Assembly: GCA_964591925.1 (NCBI GenBank)
Contig: CAZQCK010000002.1
Span: forward strand, 2,647 to 64,757
From: an uncultured Desulfobacterales bacterium
GTDB taxonomy: Bacteria; Desulfobacterota; DSM-4660; Desulfatiglandales; HGW-15
Length of the DNA stretch: 62,111 nucleotides
Reading direction: 5' to 3'
Of the stretch, positions 48,566 to 58,511 are shown piece by piece. The stretch's first letter is position 1; each line of letters opens with the position of its first letter. The translations under genes and the position numbers were made by a program. Below the pieces are notes generated by a model, which worked only from the letters and a program-made list of their open reading frames with translations, did no database searches and was not told the DNA's origin.

Positions 48566-51163
48566 GTGAACGCAGCAACCGAGAGCGTCCAGCAGTTCCT
48601 GCACAGCAGGGACATCCTCGTGCAGGAAGGTCTCGAACGGGGATTCGGAATCCACACCACCCGTCGCTACACCGACCTGGTGGACCGTTTTCTGTTCCGC
48701 CTTTTTCGTGAAGCCGGCCTCGAGAGCCCCAACGGTCCGGACACGGGCTCCTCCTTCGCCGTACTGGGGGCAGGCAGCTACGGCCGGAGGGAGCTGTGTT
48801 TCGGCTCTGACGTGGATCTCCTGGTGATCCACGAAAACGGCCTACCAAAACCGCTTCGCAGACAGATCGCCAAGGCGCTCTACCCCATCTGGGATGCACG
48901 CCTGGAACTGGGATACTCCTTCCTGACCCTCGAGGAGCTGCTCCCTCTGCTTCAGAATGAATTCTCCTTTCTCACTTCCACCATGGACCTTCGATTCATC
49001 CTGGGGGACAAGGACCTCTACCGCTCTTTCGGCACCCGGATCCTGAATGAGATGCGGGCCGATCAGTCAGGACTCCTCGACCGATTCCTGCATTACCAGG
49101 AAAAGCGTGAGAAAAAATACGGCGGGGTGGATTTCTTCCTCGAGCCCGAGATCAAGGAAGGGCTGGGGGGACTGCGGGACCTTCATTTGATGGCCTGGCT
49201 CAGCCGTGTGTTCCTCGACGTGAAACGCCTGGGGCAGATCAAACAGCTTCCGGACTTCTCCCACTTCGGTCTCAGCCAGTTGATTTACTCCAAGGGGTTC
49301 CTCCTGAAGATTCGCAACCACCTGCACCTTCTCTGCGGCCGGCGGGAGGACCGCCTGCTGATCCCTCATCAGCGGGATGTGGCCCGGACCCTGGGGTACA
49401 ACGACCGGCCCTACAGCACAGGCCCTGAACGCTTTATGCGAAACCTGTACTTCCATCTGAACCGGGTGCGCTACGGCCGTGAGCAATTCATGACCAAGGC
49501 CCTGGACACCCTTCGCCCGACACCTCCGGATCCGGACACCGACCGAATCTCCGAGGAGTTCCGGATTCACAAGGGCCACGTCGTCCTGGATGGAGACGCC
49601 CTGGCGGAAAAGAGCCCCCTGGTAGTCCTGCGGGCATTCAAGGAGGCCAACCGCCTGGGGCTCTCCCTGGGTTCAGGCTTCACCTGGGAAGCGCAAAAAA
49701 AGCTGGTCTACGAAGGCAAGCATCTCGCCGCCATGCCTGAGGCCCGCAAGCTCTTTCTGGACTTGATCCTGGAGCCCAGAAGCCCCAAAGTAATGCGGCT
49801 GGCCCTGGAAATCGGATTGATCGGTCTGTTCATTCCTGAGTTCAAGCGGATTAGACACCTGGCCCAGTTCGGGTATTACCACGTGGAGACCGTGGATCTG
49901 CACTCCTTGAGCACGGTTGAAATCCTTCACGACATTTCCAGAGGAGCCTTTGACGACCAATGGCCCCAGTTCAGAAAGGCCTTTGACAATCTGGACAATC
50001 CGCACTGCCTTTACCTGGCCGGACTGATCCATGATATAGGCAAGGGCTATCGCGGCGACCATTCCCGCAAGGGGGCCGAAATCGTGCCCCGCATCCTGGA
50101 GCGGCTGGGCGTCCCCGAGGAAAACATTCGAACGGTGGCCTTTTTGGTGGAACATCATCTCCTCCTGGTGAACACCAGCCAGAAACGCGACCTGAACGAC
50201 GAAAAGACGTCCGTGCAGCTGGCGCAGACCATTCAACACACCTCCCTTCTCCACCATCTCTTTCTTCTGACCGTGGGGGATTGCTTCGCCACCGGGCCCA
50301 CAGCGTCCAGCGAATGGAAAATCACGCTCCTCACGGAGCTCTATTCCAAAGTGCACAAGGTCCTGGAGCGTGGAAGGCTCGCGTCTCCGGACGCCACCAT
50401 CAGGCTCCGCGAACGAAAGCGCTCGGTCTACAAAGCGCTCATCAGAGACCATCCCAAAAAGGACATCTCCTCTTTGATGGAGCGGGCCTCCACCCGTTAC
50501 TTTCTCAACACGCCGCAGGAGGACATCGAGGAACACTTTCGTCTTTACCTGGGCTTCGGGGACGCCGTCTTGCGCTGGACCCTGACCAAATTCGAGTCAG
50601 CCCCGGTGACCCAGGTCACCCTGTGCACTCGAGACCGGCCCGGTCTTTTCAGTCGAATGGTCGGCGTCTTTACCGTGAACAACCTCCAGGTGCTGTCGGC
50701 CAGCATTGCAACCCTGAAGAACGGCTTTGCCTTTGACATCTACCGGGTGACCAATCCGGTGGATCCCTACCGCGAAAAGGAGGTATGGGAAAACATCTAC
50801 CGGGACGCCGCCTCGGCCATTCAGGACGGAACAGACCTCGAGGAGCGGCTGGAGAAGAAACGGCGGCGGCAGCTCGAATCGTCTCAGACCCGTGTGGACT
50901 GGATTCGAAAGGTCCGAATCGACAACCAGGCCACGGATTTCTTCACCTGCATCGAGATCGCCGCCGGCCGGCGGGAAGGGTTTCTGTATGGTCTGGCCAA
51001 GGAAATGTCCGCCCTGGATCTGAACATTCGATTCGCCACGGTGTACTCCGACCGCGAAAAAATCACCGGCGTCTTTCATGTCCGGGACAACCGCGGACAA
51101 AAAATCCACGATTCGCAACGGCTGAAGACCATTCGGGAATCATTCCTTTCCATCATCGGCTGA
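48566..51163 (+). CDS. glnD: [protein-PII] uridylyltransferase paralog
   Basis: 865 aa with a complete architecture: NTase motif (GSYGRRELCFGSDVDLLVIH), HD domain (GLIHDIGKG) and two ACT domains. GTG start 27 nt after the PII stop. Confidence 0.85.
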   Translation: MNAATESVQQFLHSRDILVQEGLERGFGIHTTRRYTDLVDRFLFRLFREAGLESPNGPDTGSSFAVLGAGSYGRRELCFGSDVDLLVIHENGLPKPLRRQIAKALYPIWDARLELGYSFLTLEELLPLLQNEFSFLTSTMDLRFILGDKDLYRSFGTRILNEMRADQSGLLDRFLHYQEKREKKYGGVDFFLEPEIKEGLGGLRDLHLMAWLSRVFLDVKRLGQIKQLPDFSHFGLSQLIYSKGFLLKIRNHLHLLCGRREDRLLIPHQRDVARTLGYNDRPYSTGPERFMRNLYFHLNRVRYGREQFMTKALDTLRPTPPDPDTDRISEEFRIHKGHVVLDGDALAEKSPLVVLRAFKEANRLGLSLGSGFTWEAQKKLVYEGKHLAAMPEARKLFLDLILEPRSPKVMRLALEIGLIGLFIPEFKRIRHLAQFGYYHVETVDLHSLSTVEILHDISRGAFDDQWPQFRKAFDNLDNPHCLYLAGLIHDIGKGYRGDHSRKGAEIVPRILERLGVPEENIRTVAFLVEHHLLLVNTSQKRDLNDEKTSVQLAQTIQHTSLLHHLFLLTVGDCFATGPTASSEWKITLLTELYSKVHKVLERGRLASPDATIRLRERKRSVYKALIRDHPKKDISSLMERASTRYFLNTPQEDIEEHFRLYLGFGDAVLRWTLTKFESAPVTQVTLCTRDRPGLFSRMVGVFTVNNLQVLSASIATLKNGFAFDIYRVTNPVDPYREKEVWENIYRDAASAIQDGTDLEERLEKKRRRQLESSQTRVDWIRKVRIDNQATDFFTCIEIAAGRREGFLYGLAKEMSALDLNIRFATVYSDREKITGVFHVRDNRGQKIHDSQRLKTIRESFLSIIG

Positions 51164-51233
51164 CCCCGTGTCAGGCCCCGGCCGATGCGGAGAGCCATCT
51201 TCAAGGACCTGAATTGAGGAAGGAGATTTTTCC

Positions 51234-52532
51234 ATGGCTGAGAAACAACGAGTGAGCTCGGGGGTGCCTTCTCTCGATCTCCTGCTGGACAGCCTCCACA
51301 TAGGGGACAACGTCGTCTGGCACGACGACGCAGGCAGCCTGGCTTCCGTGTTCTGCCTGAACTTTATTCGGGCCTCACAGACCCGGAACCGCCCCTTGAT
51401 CTACGTGTCTTTTGACCGCTCTCCCAAAAACCTCCTGGACAAGCTCGGCCCCCTGGGCGAGCACTCCATGCTGAGCGTTCTGGATTGCTTTACCCACGGA
51501 AAGGGCGCCGGTTCCGATGTGTTCCAGGCCTTCTACCGGGGTCGTCGAACAAACGGCGGATGCCGAGTGATTCAGGTCAAAGAGCCCCGCAACCCGAAGG
51601 CCGTCATGGACTCCCTGCACGAGGTGCACAAAGGGCTGGAAGGTGACGTCCGCTTTGTGTTCGAAAGCCTGACGGGAATGCAGGAGCTCTGGGGAGGCGA
51701 GGAACAGATTCTGAGCTTCTACTCCCACTCCTGCCCCCGACTCTACGAGCTCAACACGGTCGCCTACTGGGTTATGGAAAAACGTGCCCATTCATCGCAA
51801 CTTCGGGCGCGAATCAACCAAATCGCCCAGGTAGCCGTGGAGATGAGCGTCAAACGCGGCACCACCTTTCTGACCGTCCTCAAGGCCGAGAACCGGCGTC
51901 TGGACACCCTGAACAAGCCGCACCGATTCTGGAGCAAGGACCTCCAGGTAACGTTCGACCCGGAGCGGGGAACCACGGGGCGGCTGGACCTGGGCACGCG
52001 TCTCAAGACCTTCCGATCCAAACGGGGTGTGAACCAAAAAGAACTGGCCGAGCTTGTCGGGGTGACCCCCAGCACCATCTCCCAAATCGAGAGCAACCTG
52101 ATCTACCCTTCGCTTCCAGCACTTCTCAAGATGTCCGAGGTGCTCGATGTGGATGTGAGCTCGTTTTTCCAGGACCGGCGGGGCACTCAGGACCGCGTTG
52201 TTTTTCCTGTTGCCGAGGCTGCGGAGACGGCCCTTGCCGGAGGCGCAGAGGGCCGCGTCCATGTCAAGCTCCTCACTCCCCCGGATGTCGCCATCGGCGC
52301 AGAGCTGTACCTCATCGAAATCCCGCCCAAGCAGGCGATTCCCTCCCACTTCTTCGTTCACAAGGGAGAGGAGCTGGGGTACGTTCTGCAGGGCAAGCTG
52401 CGGATCAAAATGAGCCATGGCGTGTTCGCGGCCTCTACAGGCGATGTGATCCACCTCGCAACGGAAACGCCGCTTCAGTGGAAAAACACCACCTCCCGGC
52501 CCGCCAAGATCCTGTGGGTCAAACTCGAGTAG
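51234..52532 (+). CDS. three-domain regulator: degenerate KaiC/RecA-like domain + XRE-family HTH + cupin
   Basis: 432 aa. The N-terminus (GVPSLDLLLDSLHIGDNVVWHDDAGSLASVF...IYVSFDRSP...RFVFESLTGM) is collinear with KaiC-like ATPases but has no GxxGxGK[ST] P-loop. An HTH (RGVNQKELAELVGVTPSTISQIESN) and a C-terminal cupin barrel follow. Confidence 0.7.
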   Translation: MAEKQRVSSGVPSLDLLLDSLHIGDNVVWHDDAGSLASVFCLNFIRASQTRNRPLIYVSFDRSPKNLLDKLGPLGEHSMLSVLDCFTHGKGAGSDVFQAFYRGRRTNGGCRVIQVKEPRNPKAVMDSLHEVHKGLEGDVRFVFESLTGMQELWGGEEQILSFYSHSCPRLYELNTVAYWVMEKRAHSSQLRARINQIAQVAVEMSVKRGTTFLTVLKAENRRLDTLNKPHRFWSKDLQVTFDPERGTTGRLDLGTRLKTFRSKRGVNQKELAELVGVTPSTISQIESNLIYPSLPALLKMSEVLDVDVSSFFQDRRGTQDRVVFPVAEAAETALAGGAEGRVHVKLLTPPDVAIGAELYLIEIPPKQAIPSHFFVHKGEELGYVLQGKLRIKMSHGVFAASTGDVIHLATETPLQWKNTTSRPAKILWVKLE

Positions 52533-52577
52533 GCAGGAAGCGAAGCACACCATTGCACGGTCCGGGAATCAGGCACG

Positions 52578-54113
52578 TCAACGATACCGTCCTGCCTCAA
52601 CACCGTACTTCTTGATCTTGTAGCCGAAAATCCGTTCGGTGGTCTTCAGGGCCCGGGCCGCTTTGCGCATGTTTCCCCGGCTGGTCTTGAGGGCGTCGAT
52701 GAGGAGTTCCCGCTCGAAGCGCTCCACCGCCTCTTTCAGGGACCGGGCCTGCAGAGTGCCCGTATCCTCGGCGGTCTGCAGGGTCGGTGGAAGGTGGTAG
52801 CTGTGGATCACCCGATCATCACACAGGAGCACCGCCCGCTCCATGCAGTTTTCCAGCTCTCGCACATTGCCCGGCCAGTGGTACTGCATCAGGGCGTCAA
52901 TGGCGGGGGTGGAGATTCGACGGATGTCCTTGCCGTATTCTCGACTGTATCTCTCCAGAAAATGGTCTGAGAGCAGCAGCAGGTCCGCTTCCCTTTCGCG
53001 CAGGGGAGGCAGGTATATGGGGTAGACATTGAGGCGGTAAAACAAGTCCTCCCGAAAAGAACCCGCCTCCACGGCGCCGGCCAGATCCTTGTTCGTGGCC
53101 GCGATGAGACGCACGTTCACCTTGAGGGTGCGGGTGCCTCCCAGCCGCTCCAGCTCACGCTCCTGGAGGACCCGGAGCAGTTTCCCCTGGCTCTCCAGGT
53201 CCAGAGAACCGATCTCGTCCAGAAAAATGGAACCGGTGTCGGCCAGTTCGAACTTTCCCTCTTTCTGCCGGTTGGCCCCGGTAAAGGCCCCTTTCTCATG
53301 ACCGAACAGCTCCGCTTCCACCAGATTGGCCGGCAGGGCGGCACAGTTCACCTTGACCAGAGGCTTGTCCACTCGAAGGCTGTTGTAATGAATGGCATTG
53401 GCCACCAGTTCCTTGCCGGTGCCGCTTTCCCCGAGAAGCAGGACGTTTGCGTTGCTCTTGGCCACCTGGGTGATCAGATGAAAAATCTCCTGCATCTTGC
53501 GGCTGTTTCCGATGATGTTGCTGAAGCTATACTTCTCCGCCAGTTCCTTGCGGAGACGTAAATTTTCTCTGCCTAACTGCTCCTTTTCTCGGTTTATTCT
53601 CTCTAAAAGGCTCATTTTTTGAGCAATAAGACCGCTTATAATGGTCAACAGCTGAACATCGTCGTCCAGGGCGGAGGCGTGGTCAAAGACCCGGTCCACG
53701 CTCAGGGCCCCGAGCACACGCCTGCCCTCCTTGATGGGTACACAGATGAAGGAGATCTTGGACTTGTCCAGCTTGCTCCTGGCCCGCGTCCGGTCCAGAA
53801 ACAGCGGCTCCTCATCCAGATGCGGAATGGCCATGGGCCGGCCCGAGTCCACCACCCGCCCGGTGATACCCTCTCCCAGCTTGTACCGCCCCCGGCTGGA
53901 TCCGGACGGGGTGCCATGGGCCACAACAATATGGATCTCTCTGGTCTCGGGCGTCAGCAGGGTGATGGATCCACGGTTCATTCCCAGCCGCTCGCTCATG
54001 ATCTCGAGCACGTCATAGAGGGTCTTGCGCAGATCCAGTGTGGCATGAAGGGCATGGGTGATCTCGAACAGGACCTGGATCTGGCCTGGTTGTGCGGTCT
54101 TCTCTTTTGGCAT
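52578..54113 (-). CDS. sigma-54-dependent transcriptional activator with N-terminal GAF domain (NifA-like architecture)
   Basis: GAF region ([18 protein letters not shown]...), AAA+ domain ([23 protein letters not shown]) and a Fis-type HTH. The start is Met17 of the track ORF (ggaaggagg RBS). Confidence 0.85.
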   Translation of the reverse strand: MPKEKTAQPGQIQVLFEITHALHATLDLRKTLYDVLEIMSERLGMNRGSITLLTPETREIHIVVAHGTPSGSSRGRYKLGEGITGRVVDSGRPMAIPHLDEEPLFLDRTRARSKLDKSKISFICVPIKEGRRVLGALSVDRVFDHASALDDDVQLLTIISGLIAQKMSLLERINREKEQLGRENLRLRKELAEKYSFSNIIGNSRKMQEIFHLITQVAKSNANVLLLGESGTGKELVANAIHYNSLRVDKPLVKVNCAALPANLVEAELFGHEKGAFTGANRQKEGKFELADTGSIFLDEIGSLDLESQGKLLRVLQERELERLGGTRTLKVNVRLIAATNKDLAGAVEAGSFREDLFYRLNVYPIYLPPLREREADLLLLSDHFLERYSREYGKDIRRISTPAIDALMQYHWPGNVRELENCMERAVLLCDDRVIHSYHLPPTLQTAEDTGTLQARSLKEAVERFERELLIDALKTSRGNMRKAARALKTTERIFGYKIKKYGVEAGRYR

Positions 54114-54196
54114 CGCTCCTCCTTCCGGCTCCGCATGACCCCTGAATGGAGCGGCTGCCACAGGGGTGCTCGTCCTTTTCGGCTATACAAAATTGT

Positions 54197-54453
54197 ACCT
54201 GAATTGAGCGATTGTCGAGTTTGCCGAAGATGCAAGGAAGAAGGTGCTTCGCTATACTCAGGTATGCGAAGCGCCTGATGACGCCGCAGATTCGGTAAAA
54301 TCGGCAATCCCGAAGGGTTTTAAACTGCAGCCTTTTCCAGGAAAAATAGCATTCATGCAAAAAGTGATGCCCCAACCGACTTCTTTGAATGGCAAGCCTC
54401 CGATATATTACATGTTTTTTGACAGGCTGCAATTTGAAACGCTCAATTCAGGT
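54197..54453. mobile_element. MITE, long (257-bp) copy with 14-bp TIRs and a TGT target-site duplication
   Basis: Same TIRs as the 31738 copy (acctgaattgagcg / cgctcaattcaggt). It is flanked by tgt (54194-54196) and tgt (54454-54456). It carries ~125 bp of extra internal sequence absent from the short copy. Confidence 0.8.
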
Positions 54454-54524
54454 TGTAGCCCATGGAGCAATGCTTTTCTTCTCGGGGAGCCGAGCGGCGG
54501 GGATTCTGTCATTTCGAAGAAACG

Positions 54525-57500
54525 CTAGGTGCGATGCCCCAGGTTTCCATAGCGATGATACATGTCACACACGGACTGGTTCTGCACGTAATGGATGAGC
54601 TCGATCCGTCCCTCCATGAGCACCGGCTCGCGGGCGATGTAAAACCCCTCTGCAGCCGCCGCAGCCAGAACGTCTTCAGGGACCCGGTCCGGGGCCGCAT
54701 AACGAACCCGGTCCAATTGCGGAAGACCTTGAATCAGCTCCTGATCCGCCTGACGCTCCACCCTCGCCAAGCCTGAAAACCGCTTCCCGTCCTCCTCGAA
54801 GAGAAAGGAGGTAACCGCATTGTCCAAGCCCGGCGGAAGGCTCAAGACCACCTCATTGCGGCAGATTGCGGCCGCGGACACCCGCGCCAGCACCTCGAAG
54901 AGCCCGTCGTCCGGGTGGAGCCGAATCGCCACAGTGCCCAGGGGCTGATACCGCAGGATGTTGTCTTGGCCGCGAAGATGGAAGAAATCCTTCTCCCGCC
55001 CGAAGGTTTGCTCGTAGTGGTACAAGTAGCTCTTGACCGCACGCACCGTCTTTTCAAGGTCCGCCCTGTGCGCCTCGGGCATCAGCCCCCAAAGCAGCTT
55101 TCGGCGCCACTCCAGAATCAGCCGCAGAAGGCCGCACTCTTGCTCAATGGCCCCGATCACCGGAGGACCGGACTCCTCGTACTGCATGAACAGGGCCACG
55201 TAATTGGGAGAGCCGGCCTTGACCGCCGGTCCCAGGGCGGATTTTCCCATGCCCCCGAAGGGCTGGCGCAGGGTCACAGCCCCGGTGGTGCCCCGATTGA
55301 CGTAGAGGTTTCCACAACGAATACCCGCCTTCCACTTCTCCTGCTCCCGCACGTCCAGGCTCTCTATGCCCGATGTGAGCCCATAGCCGGTCTGGTTTAC
55401 CAAGGCAACGGCCTCGTCCAGGTCCTCCGCCCGCATCACTCCGAGGACCGGCCCGAAAAACTCTGTCATGTGCGTGTAGCCGCCCGGCTGAACCCCCCAC
55501 TTGATCCCTGGGGTCCACAGAAGCGGGTTGCCGTCGATGTTCCGGGGTTCCAGGGCCCAGGACTCTCCCGGTTCCAGCCGGGTCAGCCCTCGCAACAGGT
55601 CCCCTTCGGGAGGACGAATCAGGGGGCCCATGCGGTTTTCAAAATCCCAGGCCGATCCGGTTCGAAAGCTCGCCGCCGCATCCACCAGGTGACGCCGGAA
55701 GGCTTCGTCCTCGTAGACCTCGGATTCCAGGACGAGCAACGATGTGGCGGAGCACTTCTGGCCGCAGTTTCCAAAGGCCGAGTAGATGATGTTTTTGACA
55801 GCCTGGTCCCGATCGCTCATGGCCGTCACAATGGTCGCATTCTTGCCACCGGTCTCAGCGGAGAGATGAACGGCGGGGTTCCGCTCCAGTATTTGCATGC
55901 CCGTTTCCGTGCCGCCCGTGAGAATGACGAAATCCACGCCCGCATGATTGGTCAAACGGGATCCCGTGGATCCACCCGGGCAGGGAAGAAACTGGAGGAC
56001 CTTCTTTGAAATACCCGCCCGCCAGAAACATTGACAGAGGATCCACGCCACCGCTACAGCATCTGTGGCGGGTTTGAGAATGACCGTGTTCCCGGCCGCA
56101 AGGGACGCGGTCACCCCCCCGCAGGGGATGGCAATGGGGAAGTTCCAGGGGCTGATCACCGCACCCACTCCCTTTCCCCGGCAGAGCACGGCCTCCATCC
56201 GGTCGAAGGTGCGGGCGGAAAAGGGGTAGTACTCGGCAAAGTCGACGGCCTCGGAGACCTCCACATCGGACTCGCTGAACACCTTCCCCGTGGTTGCCGC
56301 GGCTACACCGATGAGGTCCCCCCTGGCCCTTCTGAGCTCCACCGCCGCCCGGCTGAGGGCACGGTGGCGCTCCTCCAGGGGTTGGTCGCGCCAGCCGTCC
56401 GGGTCCGCCCCGGCCGTGGCCACGGCCCGCTCCACATCCTCCTCCGTGCCCAGGGCGAACCTGGCCACCACCACCTCATCCGGAAGCTGATTGGTGTCCA
56501 GGCAGTCTTTCGTCTCCCGCCCCGCATCCACGGCCTCGCCATCCACCACCAGTGGAATCTCCAGAACCGGATCCCCCGGCACCTTTCGCCACCGCTCCTT
56601 GAGTCCCTCCGCCCAGGCGCGATTCGCCGGAAGAGACCAGTCCGTGTCGGGCTCGTTGTTGAACTCCTTCTCATGAAACGTGCCCGCCTCCGTGGAAAAC
56701 GACTCCACCCGCCGGTCCTGGGTCCTGCGGGAATGGGTGGCGACACTGTGCATTCGGGAGCAGGAAGCCACGAACTGTTCCTTTAGAAACCTCCATGTGC
56801 CGGATTCCGGCTCGAGACCGGGGGCATAGCGAAGGAAATTCTCCTCGGCCGTGTTTTCGTCCAGACGCCGGACCAGGTAGGCGATGGCATTGATGAACTC
56901 CTCTTGAGACGCCACGGGCGCATAGAGGAGCACATCCCCGGCCATCTCGCGCAGGGCCCTTCGCACGTGGTCCGCCATGCCCTCGAGCATCTCGAAATAG
57001 AAAAACGCCTTGACGTCCCGCTGTTCGGCCAATGCATAAGCATAGGCCAGCTCGAAGAGATTGTGCGATCCGATACCCAGGTGAACGGCCCGAATGTTGT
57101 CCGGCTCCATACCGTAGTGGACCATGCGTTTGTAGTTGGCGTCCACGTCCAGCTTGTTGTCATAGGTGGCCAGGGGCCAGTTGTAAATGGCCGATTCCAC
57201 GAGCTCCATCTCCATGTTGGCTCCCTTGACAATGCGGAGCTTGATGGGACTTCCCCCGCGGGCCACCCTCCTTTGCGCCCATTCCGTGACGGCTTTCTGC
57301 TGAAGAAAGGAATCCGGCAGGTACGCCTGCAAGACGATCCCGCCCGGGTAGTCTTTGAACGCCTCCTGATCCAGGGTGCGCATGAAGGCCGCCACAGTGA
57401 GCTCCAGGTCCCGGTACTCCTCCATGTCCAGGTTGACGATTTTGGGGGCTTCCGTACCGTCGCTGCGCACGAACCGCTGACTTTGGGCCGCACGGTACAG

Positions 57501-58127
57501 CTCGGAGAGACGATCCGTAAGCACGCCCAGCGTGTGCTCAAAGGCCAGCGGCGTGATCTGGGAGTAGATGGTGGACATCTTGACTGAGATCACCTCTATA
57601 TTCGGGTTGCTCAGGTCCTCGATGTAGGTGTCAAGCCGCCGCCCGGCCTCCTTCTCACCGAGAATGGCCTCCCCCAGATGATTGATGTTCATCCGGACGC
57701 CCTGTGCCTTGCGCTTCTTCAGGTGCTCGGCCAGGACCTCCGGTTCCCCCGGTATGATGGCGCGACTGCTTTCCTGGCGCATCTTACTGATCATCTTCGG
57801 AATGGACACCGAGGGCAGGTATCGGCCCAGGCCCAGAAACATCTGCACCAGGAGGCGGTCCACTCGGGAGAAAAAATCAGGCACACCTTGTGAGCGAAGC
57901 AGATGATTGATTTGATCCGCGACCCGCCGGGGGTTCCTCGAACGGAAGCTCTGGTCGATGAGCCGGGTCAGAACCACCTTGTCACTGGGGTGATCAAGGA
58001 GCCGTTTCATCTGGTCCTGAATGTGGCGCTCTTCGGAGGTCAACAGCTCATTTGCCCGTTTTTGCCAGGACTCGGACAGGGATACGGCCTCATGAATAAT
58101 CGGATCCTGAATCGCTCGAGGCATCAT
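54525..58127 (-). CDS. putA: bifunctional proline dehydrogenase / L-glutamate gamma-semialdehyde dehydrogenase
   Basis: 1200 aa with an N-terminal proline dehydrogenase TIM-barrel region and a C-terminal aldehyde dehydrogenase domain (ETGGKNA..., GNCGQKCSA). Confidence 0.9.
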   Translation of the reverse strand: MMPRAIQDPIIHEAVSLSESWQKRANELLTSEERHIQDQMKRLLDHPSDKVVLTRLIDQSFRSRNPRRVADQINHLLRSQGVPDFFSRVDRLLVQMFLGLGRYLPSVSIPKMISKMRQESSRAIIPGEPEVLAEHLKKRKAQGVRMNINHLGEAILGEKEAGRRLDTYIEDLSNPNIEVISVKMSTIYSQITPLAFEHTLGVLTDRLSELYRAAQSQRFVRSDGTEAPKIVNLDMEEYRDLELTVAAFMRTLDQEAFKDYPGGIVLQAYLPDSFLQQKAVTEWAQRRVARGGSPIKLRIVKGANMEMELVESAIYNWPLATYDNKLDVDANYKRMVHYGMEPDNIRAVHLGIGSHNLFELAYAYALAEQRDVKAFFYFEMLEGMADHVRRALREMAGDVLLYAPVASQEEFINAIAYLVRRLDENTAEENFLRYAPGLEPESGTWRFLKEQFVASCSRMHSVATHSRRTQDRRVESFSTEAGTFHEKEFNNEPDTDWSLPANRAWAEGLKERWRKVPGDPVLEIPLVVDGEAVDAGRETKDCLDTNQLPDEVVVARFALGTEEDVERAVATAGADPDGWRDQPLEERHRALSRAAVELRRARGDLIGVAAATTGKVFSESDVEVSEAVDFAEYYPFSARTFDRMEAVLCRGKGVGAVISPWNFPIAIPCGGVTASLAAGNTVILKPATDAVAVAWILCQCFWRAGISKKVLQFLPCPGGSTGSRLTNHAGVDFVILTGGTETGMQILERNPAVHLSAETGGKNATIVTAMSDRDQAVKNIIYSAFGNCGQKCSATSLLVLESEVYEDEAFRRHLVDAAASFRTGSAWDFENRMGPLIRPPEGDLLRGLTRLEPGESWALEPRNIDGNPLLWTPGIKWGVQPGGYTHMTEFFGPVLGVMRAEDLDEAVALVNQTGYGLTSGIESLDVREQEKWKAGIRCGNLYVNRGTTGAVTLRQPFGGMGKSALGPAVKAGSPNYVALFMQYEESGPPVIGAIEQECGLLRLILEWRRKLLWGLMPEAHRADLEKTVRAVKSYLYHYEQTFGREKDFFHLRGQDNILRYQPLGTVAIRLHPDDGLFEVLARVSAAAICRNEVVLSLPPGLDNAVTSFLFEEDGKRFSGLARVERQADQELIQGLPQLDRVRYAAPDRVPEDVLAAAAAEGFYIAREPVLMEGRIELIHYVQNQSVCDMYHRYGNLGHRT

Positions 58128-58235
58128 GCTCCCTCCACTCCCTCCGCCGCCGGCCTCGGTACCGGAAGAAAATCATCAGATCCATAAATGCCGGTGATCA
58201 AATCTTCTTGTGACAGAACCTCAATGAGTGACCAA

Positions 58236-58375
58236 TTCGTAAAAACTGTATTCTCTCGCAAAGACGCCAAGACGCTAAGAAAAAACCCTGTTGATATCAA
58301 TCAGTTCACTTTGCGTCTTTGCGTCTTGGCGCGAAATTTTGATTTTTTCGAGTCCATCATGAGTAAGTCACCCAT
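58236..58375. repeat. palindromic long-hairpin repeat element, most complete copy
   Basis: The arms cgcaaagacgccaagacgc (58257-58275) and gcgtctttgcgtcttggcg (58313-58331) pair at 17 of 19 positions around a 37-nt loop containing gatatcaatcagttcac. The outer segments tcgtaaaaa / ttttttcga also pair. The right flank catcatgagtaag recurs, inverted, at 10700-10720. Confidence 0.7.
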
Positions 58376-58511
58376 AGCCCTGCAGGGCCTTGCAGCATGC
58401 ATTTTCACGATTATTGAGAGTATCAGAAAAAAGAGGGAGTTGCAAAAGGCGGAAAGCCGGGTCATCCGCCCCTGTGGTTTCCATGGGGCGGAACATCGCC
58501 TGCGGCGGTCC

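Noticed and set aside
54915-56009. 364-aa plus-strand ORF, plus 251-aa and 227-aa ORFs further along (56031-57587)
   Set aside because: All are antisense to putA and Arg/Gly/Pro/His-rich. putA explains the open frames.
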